Of a DNA stretch of 64,000 nucleotides, positions 19,155 to 28,112 are shown in pieces (the first letter of the stretch is position 1; each line of letters opens with the position of its first letter). The translations under genes were made by a program, and so were the position numbers. Under the pieces are notes generated by a model that ran no database searches, had not been told where the DNA came from, and saw nothing but the letters and a program-made list of their open reading frames with translations. The DNA comes from an uncultured bacterium (GTDB lineage: Bacteria; Patescibacteriota; Dojkabacteria; J137): positions 317,511 to 381,510 of the forward strand of contig OY969472.1 in the NCBI GenBank assembly GCA_963700155.1, written 5' to 3'.

Positions 19155-21620
19155 TCAAAGGACTTCTCTAATAGAATATGATCGATCTGCTAAATCATTT
19201 CCAAACATAATCAAATACTTTGGGTTATATTTCACAACTACTCCCGGATCAGTAAGATTGGCTTGATAATTCAAATCTCTTTTCAAAGATAATGCATTCC
19301 CCGGAGCGCCATTAACAACCATTCCTCCATCTATATACAACCCTTCATATTTATTTGTAGAACCTGGAAGATTGTTTGTAAAAGTTTCAAGTTTCAAGTC
19401 AGTAATTATATATGCTTCAATCTTATCGTAATATGGCTGAGTAGTAGAATCTACAGCAATGGTAGGCGACTTGGCGGCCACAGAAGTAAGATTAACATTA
19501 CCTTTAACTACAAACATACATGCAGAAGCATCATTATTCTCTACAAAATCTGTACTTAAAGTTAAATTACCACTAATAAGGAATATTACCTTAACATCAC
19601 AAACTCCATTACTAATCGTCAAGTCGCCCCCCGATTGTTCAACTATCACTTTATCACCTACTGACACTCCAATTCCATTTGCAATACTTCCATCAATACT
19701 CATATTTCCACTCTTTGTTACTATTGGGCTTTTCTTATTTTTCTCTACTCTATCTTTTACAAGGTCATACCATTTAGAAAAATTACTTGATTTCGGTGGT
19801 TCGACAGCATCATTAGTATAATTTAGTGCATAAGTATCAGTTTTTGAAATCCGTAAGGTTGGTACTATAGTATTTCCACTAATAACAGCATAACTTGAAA
19901 GATAAGGAGTTCCAACATCATTGGCAAATGGTACTTTAAAGTTAGGATTATCTGGTATATTAACTTCAAAACCTAAATTCGCAGAAGCATTTCCAAGATA
20001 ACTAATGATCCACGGTTTTGGTTCAGATACTCCAATTGTTGTTCCCGAAATATTACATGCATTATCTTTTGCAACAAGTTTATATGAATAATTAGCAGGT
20101 ATTCCAGTTGTTTTATATTTATGTAAACCTAAATTACCGGTATTTATACCAGCGTTAGAACCTTGAGGATAATCATATGGTGTATTTCCTAAATTAATTA
20201 CCCCGACACTTGAATCTGTTAATTGTGCTCCACTTGATTTATCAGACCAAATATAAGAATAAATTGTATATAATCCAGAACCTCCTGAATCTGTTGCACC
20301 CCAATTTACGTTAAAAGTTTGGTCAGTATTATAAGTAGGACCGGTTAAAACTGGGCCAGGATTTGCCAAATCAAATCTCCAACTATCTAATTTTATAAAC
20401 ACTTGTGAATCCAATGGTGTTGCATAAGAAGATACTATAGTTCCATCACTATTTTGCATTAATACCATCCCATATACATTATAAGTTCCGCTAGGGAATG
20501 TATTCTCCATTCTTATCTTAAAATTTGCTGTTGCAGTATCTCCACTTACAGTCATTTTAGTATCTACATCTGCTCCTAAGACAGTTGCATGGCCATTTTG
20601 AGTAGTTTCATCTCCACTTGTTATTCCTGACGACCACGTAATATTATTATTCAAGGTACTAACTTTACCATTGGAGTTATTAATTAAAACTCCTATACCA
20701 CCAGCATTTATTGCTTCCTGCTCAACTGTATTAGCATTTACAGTTGGATTATTTTCTCTATATACTGGAACAAAAACTAAATAACTTCCTAAAAAAGTAT
20801 CACTTTCTGGATCTTGAAAAGAAAATGAATAACTAATTGGGTTCTCGGTTTCTCCACTTGGATTATCTGCCCTTCCTGAAATCCCATCCGATATCTTGCA
20901 GGTATTGTCCTGGGTAAAATTATGACTTAAATTTATAGGTGTTTTATTCACTTTAAAACTCCAGACTGAAGAATTTTGAGTACTTTTGCTATTATTTTTC
21001 TGAACAAACCAACAATAATTTGCCCCCCAAGATAATCCACTAACATTTTTATTTAATGTACCTTGAGGTACACTTCCATAATTTGTATAAGTACCAGTAC
21101 AATTTTGACTTATGAATACTGTATAAGTATTTGTGTTTGGGCATCCAGTGCCCCAGGAAGCTGAATCAGACCATTGTAAATTCACTGAGTTATTTGGAAC
21201 AATTGAACCGTTAGCAGGAAAAGACAATGTTGCAGCTCCTGGGGCACTTACTGTACAACAAGATTGAGTATTACAAGCCCTAGAATGGCCACAGCCATCA
21301 GATTGAGTTCCTCCACCACAAGATTTGGAACATGCGCCCCAGTTTGGAGTGCAACCTCCTCCTCCTCCACCAAGGCAGCATCCCATATTAACTTCTCCAT
21401 CACCATTTCTAAAACATCTAACACCTACATTAGGAACATTTTCTGTATGAAATCCTGAGTCACAGGGGTTGCACTCTGGAGCGCATTCTGCAGAAACCCC
21501 AATTATAGAACTAACAACTCCTGAACTTGAGTAATTACTTCCAGTATTGAAAAAGGAAATTACCCCAAGTATAAAAAGTGTTATTAAAACAACAGTTTTA
21601 AGTTTTTTAAAATAATTCAT
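19155..21620 (-). CDS. Giant secreted/surface protein 'A', paralog of B: signal peptide, Cys-rich region with a Gly6 tract, one TSP1-like repeat, an FN3-like domain, and the shared central and C-terminal modules; no LamG domains
   Basis: 821 aa. It contains CTPNWGACSKSCGGGTQSDGCGHSRACNTQSCC (TSP1-like) and PGAATLSFPANGSIVPNNSVNLQWSD (FN3-like). It is collinear with B throughout, except for a roughly 450-aa insertion in B between ...NIPDNP.F.VPF and GTPYL.... Confidence 0.7.
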   Translation of the reverse strand: MNYFKKLKTVVLITLFILGVISFFNTGSNYSSSGVVSSIIGVSAECAPECNPCDSGFHTENVPNVGVRCFRNGDGEVNMGCCLGGGGGGCTPNWGACSKSCGGGTQSDGCGHSRACNTQSCCTVSAPGAATLSFPANGSIVPNNSVNLQWSDSASWGTGCPNTNTYTVFISQNCTGTYTNYGSVPQGTLNKNVSGLSWGANYCWFVQKNNSKSTQNSSVWSFKVNKTPINLSHNFTQDNTCKISDGISGRADNPSGETENPISYSFSFQDPESDTFLGSYLVFVPVYRENNPTVNANTVEQEAINAGGIGVLINNSNGKVSTLNNNITWSSGITSGDETTQNGHATVLGADVDTKMTVSGDTATANFKIRMENTFPSGTYNVYGMVLMQNSDGTIVSSYATPLDSQVFIKLDSWRFDLANPGPVLTGPTYNTDQTFNVNWGATDSGGSGLYTIYSYIWSDKSSGAQLTDSSVGVINLGNTPYDYPQGSNAGINTGNLGLHKYKTTGIPANYSYKLVAKDNACNISGTTIGVSEPKPWIISYLGNASANLGFEVNIPDNPNFKVPFANDVGTPYLSSYAVISGNTIVPTLRISKTDTYALNYTNDAVEPPKSSNFSKWYDLVKDRVEKNKKSPIVTKSGNMSIDGSIANGIGVSVGDKVIVEQSGGDLTISNGVCDVKVIFLISGNLTLSTDFVENNDASACMFVVKGNVNLTSVAAKSPTIAVDSTTQPYYDKIEAYIITDLKLETFTNNLPGSTNKYEGLYIDGGMVVNGAPGNALSLKRDLNYQANLTDPGVVVKYNPKYLIMFGNDLADRSYSIREVL

Positions 21621-22006
21621 AAACTAAAAGTTTCAAAAGAATTCTCTAACTTATCCTTACATGAAATATATCTTACCAAGTCCTTATCATTATTAATATT
21701 TTTAATATCAATTTCAATATTAAAATACTTGCATGTATTCTTCGGGACTAAAAGCTCTCCACTTACAAAAAAATTATCAAGAAAATCATTTGCAGTTTTA
21801 TCTTTAATAGGAAAACTAAACGTCTTATTGTTTTCATTAACCAAACTTAAAACATCATTTTGTAAATGTATATTTACTTTTGAAGTATCAATATAAATAG
21901 AATCATAATCATAGTTTTGTATAGTAGTATTAGCTAATTTATATATAGTTAAACCAATAAAAATTATTGAAAGTAATAATAATATTAAAATTAAAAGTTT
22001 TCTCAA
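21617..22006 (-). CDS. Small N-terminally membrane-anchored protein, P2 of module a
   Basis: 129 aa; MRK + TM, with two Cys near the C-terminus as in the 153-aa P2b. It overlaps giant gene A by 4 bp. Confidence 0.4.
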   Translation of the reverse strand: MRKLLILILLLLSIIFIGLTIYKLANTTIQNYDYDSIYIDTSKVNIHLQNDVLSLVNENNKTFSFPIKDKTANDFLDNFFVSGELLVPKNTCKYFNIEIDIKNINNDKDLVRYISCKDKLENSFETFSL

Positions 22007-22010
22007 AAAT

Positions 22011-22517
22011 TTAATTTAATAAATAAAACCTGCTTACATAAGGATTTCCTTGTGTACTTTCTGGATAAGATATCTCAAGATCAATTCCACCTATACTCTT
22101 TAATTTATCAATAAAATCTGAATGATTTAATGATTCAGTTTTTAAAGAAACTGTATCAAAATCATATAAACTTCCTGTAAGATATGAATTAGGAATTGTT
22201 AAATCCATAGTTGATTTATTATTATCGTCACCTCCATTAAATTCTCTTAAAGTTGCTTTAGCAAAATTCCCAGTTTCAGGCAGAAATTCTAATGCACTAA
22301 CGAATCCACTATACTCTTTTCTATGAATGATACTTTTTAAAGAAGAATTGTAATTAAAATCATAAAGCCAGCTAACAGATGAAGTTTGAGAACTTTGCTT
22401 AAGTGAACCTATTAATCCCCCTGTGGAATTACCAGTAAAAAAGATAAAAATAACAAATGAAATTATCAAAATAAAAATGGCTATAACTACACCAATATTT
22501 TTCCTTAAGTTTTGCAT
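22011..22517 (-). CDS. Small N-terminally membrane-anchored protein, P1 of module a
   Basis: 168 aa; N-terminal TM and an S/N/T-rich ectodomain. It is the first gene of the cluster. Confidence 0.4.
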   Translation of the reverse strand: MQNLRKNIGVVIAIFILIISFVIFIFFTGNSTGGLIGSLKQSSQTSSVSWLYDFNYNSSLKSIIHRKEYSGFVSALEFLPETGNFAKATLREFNGGDDNNKSTMDLTIPNSYLTGSLYDFDTVSLKTESLNHSDFIDKLKSIGGIDLEISYPESTQGNPYVSRFYLLN

Positions 22518-22579
22518 TTCAGCTTCAAAAAATTAACTTAAATTCATTATATATAAATGATGTACTTATATCTATTCTT

Positions 22580-23209
22580 TTAAGAGAAAGCTAGTAAATT
22601 TTTAATTGGGACATAAGAAGTTCTGTGAAGACTACAAATACCGAATTTATGAATTGCAAATCTATGCTCTTTTGTTCCATACCCCTTATGTTTTGCAAAA
22701 CCGTAATTGGGGAATTCCAAATCTAATCTTTGCATTAATCGATCACGCTCTACTTTTGCTAAAATTGATGCTGCTGCAACAGAATAAAAAGTAGAATCTC
22801 CTCGAATTTTTTTTAGTGAATTCTCACTAAAATCTTTAGAAAATTGGCCATCAATTAAAAAATATGTATGGCTATCATCATATTTCTCAATGACTTCTGT
22901 TATTAAATGTTCAACAGTTTTCCCAATGCCAATACTATTAATTTCTTTTAAGCCTCCAAATAAAACTGAGTATTTATGAGTAGAAAGAAAAGAATACACC
23001 TCAGATCGCTCATCTTTTGTTAATTGCTTGGAATCAGTTACTTTTTTTACTGGTTTAGAATCAAATTCATAAATATATGCACCAACTGCTACAGGACCTG
23101 CCCAACATCCTCTTCCTACTTCATCGATACCGATAATTCGTGTATACATACCTGTGCTGAGAAGTTCTTTTTCATGTTTTGGAGTTAAAAATTTTTTCTT
23201 TTTCTTCAT
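22580..23209 (-). CDS. rnhB: Ribonuclease HII
   Basis: RIIGIDEVGRGCWAGPVAVGAY matches the RNase HII active-site motif. Confidence 0.85.
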   Translation of the reverse strand: MKKKKKFLTPKHEKELLSTGMYTRIIGIDEVGRGCWAGPVAVGAYIYEFDSKPVKKVTDSKQLTKDERSEVYSFLSTHKYSVLFGGLKEINSIGIGKTVEHLITEVIEKYDDSHTYFLIDGQFSKDFSENSLKKIRGDSTFYSVAAASILAKVERDRLMQRLDLEFPNYGFAKHKGYGTKEHRFAIHKFGICSLHRTSYVPIKNLLAFS

Positions 23210-23224
23210 TAAAAAATTAAATAT

Positions 23225-23632
23225 TTACATTAGTTTGTATTTATCCTGCATTTTTTTTAAATACTCATCAGGCAAAGGGGCTGTGGGTTTTGTATCCAAA
23301 GATACCTGATGAATTGATTCTTTAAATTTTTCATCATCACCTCTGAAAATTTTTACATGAGCATGAGAAACATCTTCACCCATAATAAAAGAATATATTG
23401 AATCTTGACCTGTTACTTTTTGAAAATGCTTTGCAATCTTTTGAGCTACCCTAAAAAGACCTTCTATGTTATCTACATCCCAAACCCATCTAAAGTGTTT
23501 TTTTGGAATCAATATTGTATATCCTTCTGTTTCAGGATAGATATCTAAAAAAGCTAAGAATTCATCATCTTCGTAAATTTTATAAGAAGGTATTTCACCT
23601 TTTAAAATTTTGCAGAAAATACAATCATCCAT
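23225..23632 (-). CDS. HIT-family (histidine triad) nucleotide hydrolase
   Basis: CIFCKI...EIP... plus the ...HAHVKIF histidine triad. Confidence 0.8.
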   Translation of the reverse strand: MDDCIFCKILKGEIPSYKIYEDDEFLAFLDIYPETEGYTILIPKKHFRWVWDVDNIEGLFRVAQKIAKHFQKVTGQDSIYSFIMGEDVSHAHVKIFRGDDEKFKESIHQVSLDTKPTAPLPDEYLKKMQDKYKLM

Positions 23633-23713
23633 ATTTTCAAATATAAAACAGAAATTAATTATATTGTAGCATACGATATTAAAGTGAAATTAAGATGAAA
23701 TAGAAACAAAAAA

Positions 23714-23738
23714 GGGCGGCAATTTTTGATTGCCGCCC
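23714..23738. terminator. Intrinsic terminator hairpin gggcggcaa-tttttga-ttgccgccc flanked by A5/T4
   Basis: Seen in the sequence downstream of rplS. Confidence 0.6.
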
Positions 23739-23766
23739 TTTTAAAATCTTAATTTATTATTTAATT

Positions 23767-24282
23767 TTATTCTTTATCAATAGATTCTTCTACAACTTCA
23801 GCTTCCTGAGAATTTTCATTTGAAGTATTGTCAACTTCAGATGTAACTCCTAATTCTTCAGGTGTCATTACTGCTTCTTCAGCTTCTTTATGTTCATCAA
23901 TAAATTCCAACTCATCATCTGAAACAAATTGAGCTTTACCTTTCTTAATTCTCATTGCATTCTTTCCTACTCTCTTTCTCATAAAGAATAATTTTGATCT
24001 TCTTACCTCTTCTTTTTTGATAACTTTAATTTTCCCAACATTTGGAGAATAAATTGGAAGTTTTTTCTCAACTCCATATCCCTTACTTATTTTTCTAACT
24101 GTAATCATTCTATCTGTCCCGCTACCGCTTACTGAAATTACCAACCCTCTAAACTTCTGAACTCTTTCTCTTTTTCCCTCTTTAATCAAAGTATCAATTT
24201 CAACAGTATATCCAGGTTTTAAAACTGGAATTCTTTTGTTCAGCATCTTTGATTGTACTTTTTTTAATACTTCTGTGTTCAT
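23767..24282 (-). CDS. rplS: 50S ribosomal protein L19, with an acidic C-terminal extension
   Basis: ...VQKFRGLVISVSGSGTDRMITVRKISKGYGVEKKLPIYSPNVGKIKVIKKEEVRRSKLFFMRKRVGK follows the L19 pattern. Confidence 0.88.
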   Translation of the reverse strand: MNTEVLKKVQSKMLNKRIPVLKPGYTVEIDTLIKEGKRERVQKFRGLVISVSGSGTDRMITVRKISKGYGVEKKLPIYSPNVGKIKVIKKEEVRRSKLFFMRKRVGKNAMRIKKGKAQFVSDDELEFIDEHKEAEEAVMTPEELGVTSEVDNTSNENSQEAEVVEESIDKE

Positions 24283-24406
24283 GATTATTTAATTTAAAAC
24301 AAGGAATTATAACAGGAAATATGATTAATTAACAATGGTATTAAGAAATTTATTGCTTTTAGGACATAAATTTTAATGCTATAACATAAGTAGTTAATAT
24401 AAAAAT

Positions 24407-24817
24407 ATGGTAATCCTAAAACTACATCCTGTTTTAGAAGATAGAGGATTTTTAAATCAGCTTCCAATTGAGATAAGAGAAATGATTGCAGCAGATCATA
24501 AAACTGCTAAATTACTAGATCAGTATGCAAAAACAATCGATGATATCGAATTTCTTGAAGATCGTGTTAGTGGAAGGAAATACAAATTAATAAATGATCA
24601 TGAACTCAGTTGGGATTTAAAAAATTTCTATATTGAACAAAATGAGTGTGAACAAAGGCAAATAATAAAATTAAATGAAGATTTACATTTTTTAAAAATA
24701 AAAATTTATAGAAGAGCTGTTAAATTAAACAAAAAGTGGAAGTTTTTAGATAGATTTTTCTCCAAAGAATATGAATTTTGGGAAAATCTTCTTAAAAATG
24801 TAAATCTTGAAGGATAA
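24407..24817 (+). CDS. Hypothetical protein
   Basis: 136-aa ORF with no motif recognised. Confidence 0.3.
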   Translation: MVILKLHPVLEDRGFLNQLPIEIREMIAADHKTAKLLDQYAKTIDDIEFLEDRVSGRKYKLINDHELSWDLKNFYIEQNECEQRQIIKLNEDLHFLKIKIYRRAVKLNKKWKFLDRFFSKEYEFWENLLKNVNLEG

Positions 24818-24892
24818 TATAAATTAACATATCTCTATTGCCTTTATAGCCATCATTAAGTATAATTAAGCCGTTAAATTAAAGGATCTAAT

Positions 24893-25093
24893 ATGTCAAA
24901 GACACAAGGACCAACATACAATCCAAGCAAGATCAAAAGAGTTAGAAAATTTGGATATATTGCACGAAAATCCACATCTGACGGTAAAAAAGTTCTAAAG
25001 AGAAGAATTCTTAAAGGCAGACATACTCTAACTGTTTCAGAGGAATTCGGCACAAAGATGGCAAAGAATAAAAAATTCTCCAGAAGAAGATAA
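24893..25093 (+). CDS. rpmH: 50S ribosomal protein L34, with N- and C-terminal extensions
   Basis: ...YNPSKIKRVRKFGYIARKSTSDGKKVLKRRILKGRHTLTVS matches the L34 consensus (F.PS..KR.R.HGFRARM.T.NGR.VL.RRR.KGR..L). Confidence 0.8.
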   Translation: MSKTQGPTYNPSKIKRVRKFGYIARKSTSDGKKVLKRRILKGRHTLTVSEEFGTKMAKNKKFSRRR

Positions 25094-25098
25094 ATTTC

Positions 25099-26838
25099 TT
25101 AAAGATTTTTAAATTTAATAATTAGGTTATTAAGTCTACTTAGAAGTTCATCGTTTTCAGGTTCTAAATTGAGTAATCTTTTTAAACTTAAAATTTCATT
25201 TCTAACAGATCGTTTTTGCATTCTTGAATATACATTTTCCAGTTCTTTATCTAAATATTTTATTTCAGTTGCATCGAACATAAGCATATCTTCTAAACTT
25301 TTTTTTGAATCTTCATCTAAAAATTGTGATATTTTCAATAGATCTTTGTTATCACCTGCCTTATAGTATTCTACAAAAATTTTCTTACAGACCTCATCTT
25401 TAAAAAAAGATTCATTAAGATCTTTAAATTTGGAAATTGAATCAGTTTGTATTAAAAGCGAAAGGAAATATCTTTCTATTTTTTGTACTGGTGAAATAGT
25501 TTTAGAAGAACTTGGAATTTCTGACTTATCTGAATCTTCTTGAGGGGCGAGCCGAAGGCTCGCCCCTTTTTTTAACTTTTCTCTTAAAATCTCTTCATCA
25601 ATTTCTAATATCATAGCAACTTCTTTTATATAATGACTTAACTCAACTTCATTTTTAATTGATTTTAGTACTGGGAATATTTTTTTATCAAAAGTTGTCT
25701 TACCATCTAAAGCATTCAAATCTAAATCTGAAGATAGTTTTTCAATCAAATATTCAACAGTATTTTTTGCACTTTTTACTCTTTTTTCCCATTCATCAGG
25801 TACCTTACAAATTAATTCATCAGCATCTTGAAAACCTGTAATATCAACAACTTTATGTTCTAATCCAATAATCTCTGCTAGTTCTAATCCGCGAATTAAA
25901 GCTTTAGTTCCAGCATCATCAGTATCAAAACAAAAATAAATTTGTTCACAAAATCTCTTAATTAATTTAGCTTGATTTAACGTAAAAGCTGTACCAAGTG
26001 GAGCTATAATATTTTTTATTCCAGCTCGATGAGATGAAAGAATATCAATATTACCTTCAACAATTATGACAAAGTTTTCCTTACGCATTGTTTCTTTAGC
26101 CTGAAAGATTCCATATAAGATTTCATTCTTTTTATAAACAAGTGTTTCAGGGGAATTTAAATATTTTGGAGCAAATTTGCTTTCCCCAATATATCTTCCA
26201 CTAAATCCTATAATATCGCCTCTTAGATTAAAAATAGGCTGAAGGAGTCTGTTCCTAAATTTATCTATTATACTTTTCTCTCTTTCAACCAAGAGTCCCC
26301 ATTTTATTAATTCTTGTTCACTAAACCCTTTAGAAGTTAAGAATTTTTTTAAATTAGTTCTTGAGTTTGGAGCAAATCCAATCAAAAAGTCCTCAATTCT
26401 TCTTGCATCAATTTGTCGTTTTTGAGCATATTCTCTTCCTGGTTTACCTGTTTTATGAGTTTTTAAAATATAGTTATAAAATTTAGCAGCTAAAGTATTA
26501 GCTTCAACAATTCTTTTTTTCTCTTCTTCAAGTTTTGAATCTTTTGAAAAGTTATTATTTTCTAAAGTAACACCAGCTTTTTCTGCGGCAAGGCGGAGAG
26601 CGTCTGGAAATTCAAGACGCTCAATTTCTTGTATAAAATTTATTACGTCACCCGCCTTGCCGCATCCAAAACACTTATATATTTGTAAACTTGGGTTGAC
26701 CATGAATGATGGTGTTTTTTCCTGATGGAATGGGCAGCAGGCTTTGTAATTTGCTCCGGCCCGTTTAAGATCTGGAACATAAGATCCGATAACTTCAACT
26801 ATATCTAATTTTGCTTTTACATTTTCTATGTCAGACAT
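25099..26838 (-). CDS. dnaG: DNA primase
   Basis: CHC2 zinc finger CCPFHQEKTPSFMVNPSLQIYKCFGCGKAGD; TOPRIM region ...VIIVEGNIDILS... Confidence 0.9.
   Translation of the reverse strand: MSDIENVKAKLDIVEVIGSYVPDLKRAGANYKACCPFHQEKTPSFMVNPSLQIYKCFGCGKAGDVINFIQEIERLEFPDALRLAAEKAGVTLENNNFSKDSKLEEEKKRIVEANTLAAKFYNYILKTHKTGKPGREYAQKRQIDARRIEDFLIGFAPNSRTNLKKFLTSKGFSEQELIKWGLLVEREKSIIDKFRNRLLQPIFNLRGDIIGFSGRYIGESKFAPKYLNSPETLVYKKNEILYGIFQAKETMRKENFVIIVEGNIDILSSHRAGIKNIIAPLGTAFTLNQAKLIKRFCEQIYFCFDTDDAGTKALIRGLELAEIIGLEHKVVDITGFQDADELICKVPDEWEKRVKSAKNTVEYLIEKLSSDLDLNALDGKTTFDKKIFPVLKSIKNEVELSHYIKEVAMILEIDEEILREKLKKGASLRLAPQEDSDKSEIPSSSKTISPVQKIERYFLSLLIQTDSISKFKDLNESFFKDEVCKKIFVEYYKAGDNKDLLKISQFLDEDSKKSLEDMLMFDATEIKYLDKELENVYSRMQKRSVRNEILSLKRLLNLEPENDELLSRLNNLIIKFKNL
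25544..25573 (+). terminator. GC-rich perfect hairpin ggggcgagcc-gaa-ggctcgcccc followed by T7. It is terminator-like on the plus strand and embedded antisense within the dnaG CDS
   Basis: Seen in the sequence. It encodes ...GASLRLAPQ... of DnaG on the minus strand. Confidence 0.35.
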
Positions 26839-26885
26839 ATTTTTAATGAGAATATTTTGATTGTAACATTAGTATTACCACTAAT

Positions 26886-27524
26886 TTAAAATTCAGGATA
26901 TCCTAATAACTTGTATAGTGCTCTTCGATAATCTAATGTTAATAAATTTGAATTTTGAATGTCTTTAATTTCTGGAACACTTTTTTCACCTATTGGAATA
27001 TCTTCTGTTTCATCAATAAATCTTGGATTGCATAATTCAAAAAACCTGAATCTTTTGCCCTCTGGGACTATCCATGTAAATATCCAGTTTTCACCTAAAA
27101 AAATCACATTATTCCTGTTCCTTATCGCATTCCAATAGCCTTGATAAACTTTTTTATCTGGAGCTTGGGCAAGAAAATATGCTTCACCAGCAACTGGGAC
27201 CTCCATAAAAACCCGCTTTGAAGAAAAATATTGAATTGGAGTTCTTTCTAAAACTATTATGTCTGCAAGATCAATATTTTTATCATAATTTAATACATCA
27301 GTTCCTTCAATTAGATACATATCTATAAAAATACCCCTATTTTGCATTGAATCTTCTTTTCTCAACAATCTTACCTTATATGTTTGACCCCCAATTTTAA
27401 AACTATCTAATTTCCCATTTTTCATTATGTGTGAAAAATCACTATCAGGACTAGGCTTAACGATTGGAATATCTATTTTTGAAATATTTATTTTTTTCAT
27501 CTTATTATGAACACATTTTAACAT
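26886..27524 (-). CDS. Hypothetical protein
   Basis: 212-aa ORF with no motif recognised. Confidence 0.3.
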   Translation of the reverse strand: MLKCVHNKMKKINISKIDIPIVKPSPDSDFSHIMKNGKLDSFKIGGQTYKVRLLRKEDSMQNRGIFIDMYLIEGTDVLNYDKNIDLADIIVLERTPIQYFSSKRVFMEVPVAGEAYFLAQAPDKKVYQGYWNAIRNRNNVIFLGENWIFTWIVPEGKRFRFFELCNPRFIDETEDIPIGEKSVPEIKDIQNSNLLTLDYRRALYKLLGYPEF

Positions 27525-27580
27525 TAGGATAAAAATTTCAGTTCTGCTAAAATTTATCTAATATATTTTTAAAAAACCTT

Positions 27581-27874
27581 ATGAATATTTATATTGCATC
27601 TGACCACGGAGGATTTGAACTTAAAAATAAACTTGTAGATTTTTTAACTGCTTCAGTTGAACTTTCACAACAGTTAGGAACATTGTCTATAAATGACTTA
27701 GGTCCAAATGAGTTAATTGAAGAAGATGATTATCCTGATTATGCTTTTAAAGTTGCTGAAAAAGTTGCAGAAAGTTTAGGTTCTTTGGGCATTTTAATAT
27801 GTAGATCTGGTAATGGGATGGTTATTGCTGCAAATAAAGTTAAAAGGATCATATGCTGCCTTAGCTTTCACTGA
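27581..27874 (+). CDS. rpiB: Ribose-5-phosphate isomerase B (RpiB/LacAB family), N-terminal fragment ending at a frameshift
   Basis: MNIYIASDHGGFELKNKLV...GILICRSGNGMVIAANKV matches the RpiB N-terminus. The frame is lost at the aaaagg tract near 27845. Confidence 0.7.
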   Translation: MNIYIASDHGGFELKNKLVDFLTASVELSQQLGTLSINDLGPNELIEEDDYPDYAFKVAEKVAESLGSLGILICRSGNGMVIAANKVKRIICCLSFH

Positions 27875-28025
27875 GAAACATGCGCAGATGGCAAAAAATG
27901 ATGATAATGCAAATATATTATGTTTAGATTCTGATTATGAAGATTTTGAAACACATAAAAAAATTGTCATAGCTTTCTTAACTACTCCATTCTCTAATGA
28001 AGAAAGACATCAAACGAAGGTTTAA
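27813..28025 (+). CDS. rpiB: Ribose-5-phosphate isomerase B, C-terminal fragment in the +1 frame
   Basis: ...GSYAALAFTEKHAQMAKNDDNANILCLDS...IVIAFLTTPFSNEERHQTKV matches the RpiB C-terminus (..RAALC.D...A...R.HNNANVL..G.R..G...A..IV..FL.T.F.GGRH..R). Confidence 0.7.
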   Translation: MGWLLLQIKLKGSYAALAFTEKHAQMAKNDDNANILCLDSDYEDFETHKKIVIAFLTTPFSNEERHQTKV

Positions 28026-28070
28026 TAAAATAAAAGCCTTCGAAGAAAAGTAATCATTGTTAATAATAAA

Positions 28071-28094
28071 AAGCGGGCCGTAAACGGCCCGCTT
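28071..28094. terminator. Bidirectional terminator hairpin aagcgggccg-taaa-cggcccgctt
   Basis: Seen in the sequence between rpiB(+) and the 28113..28727(-) gene. Confidence 0.55.
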
Positions 28095-28112
28095 TCTTAA
28101 ATCATTTATAAT

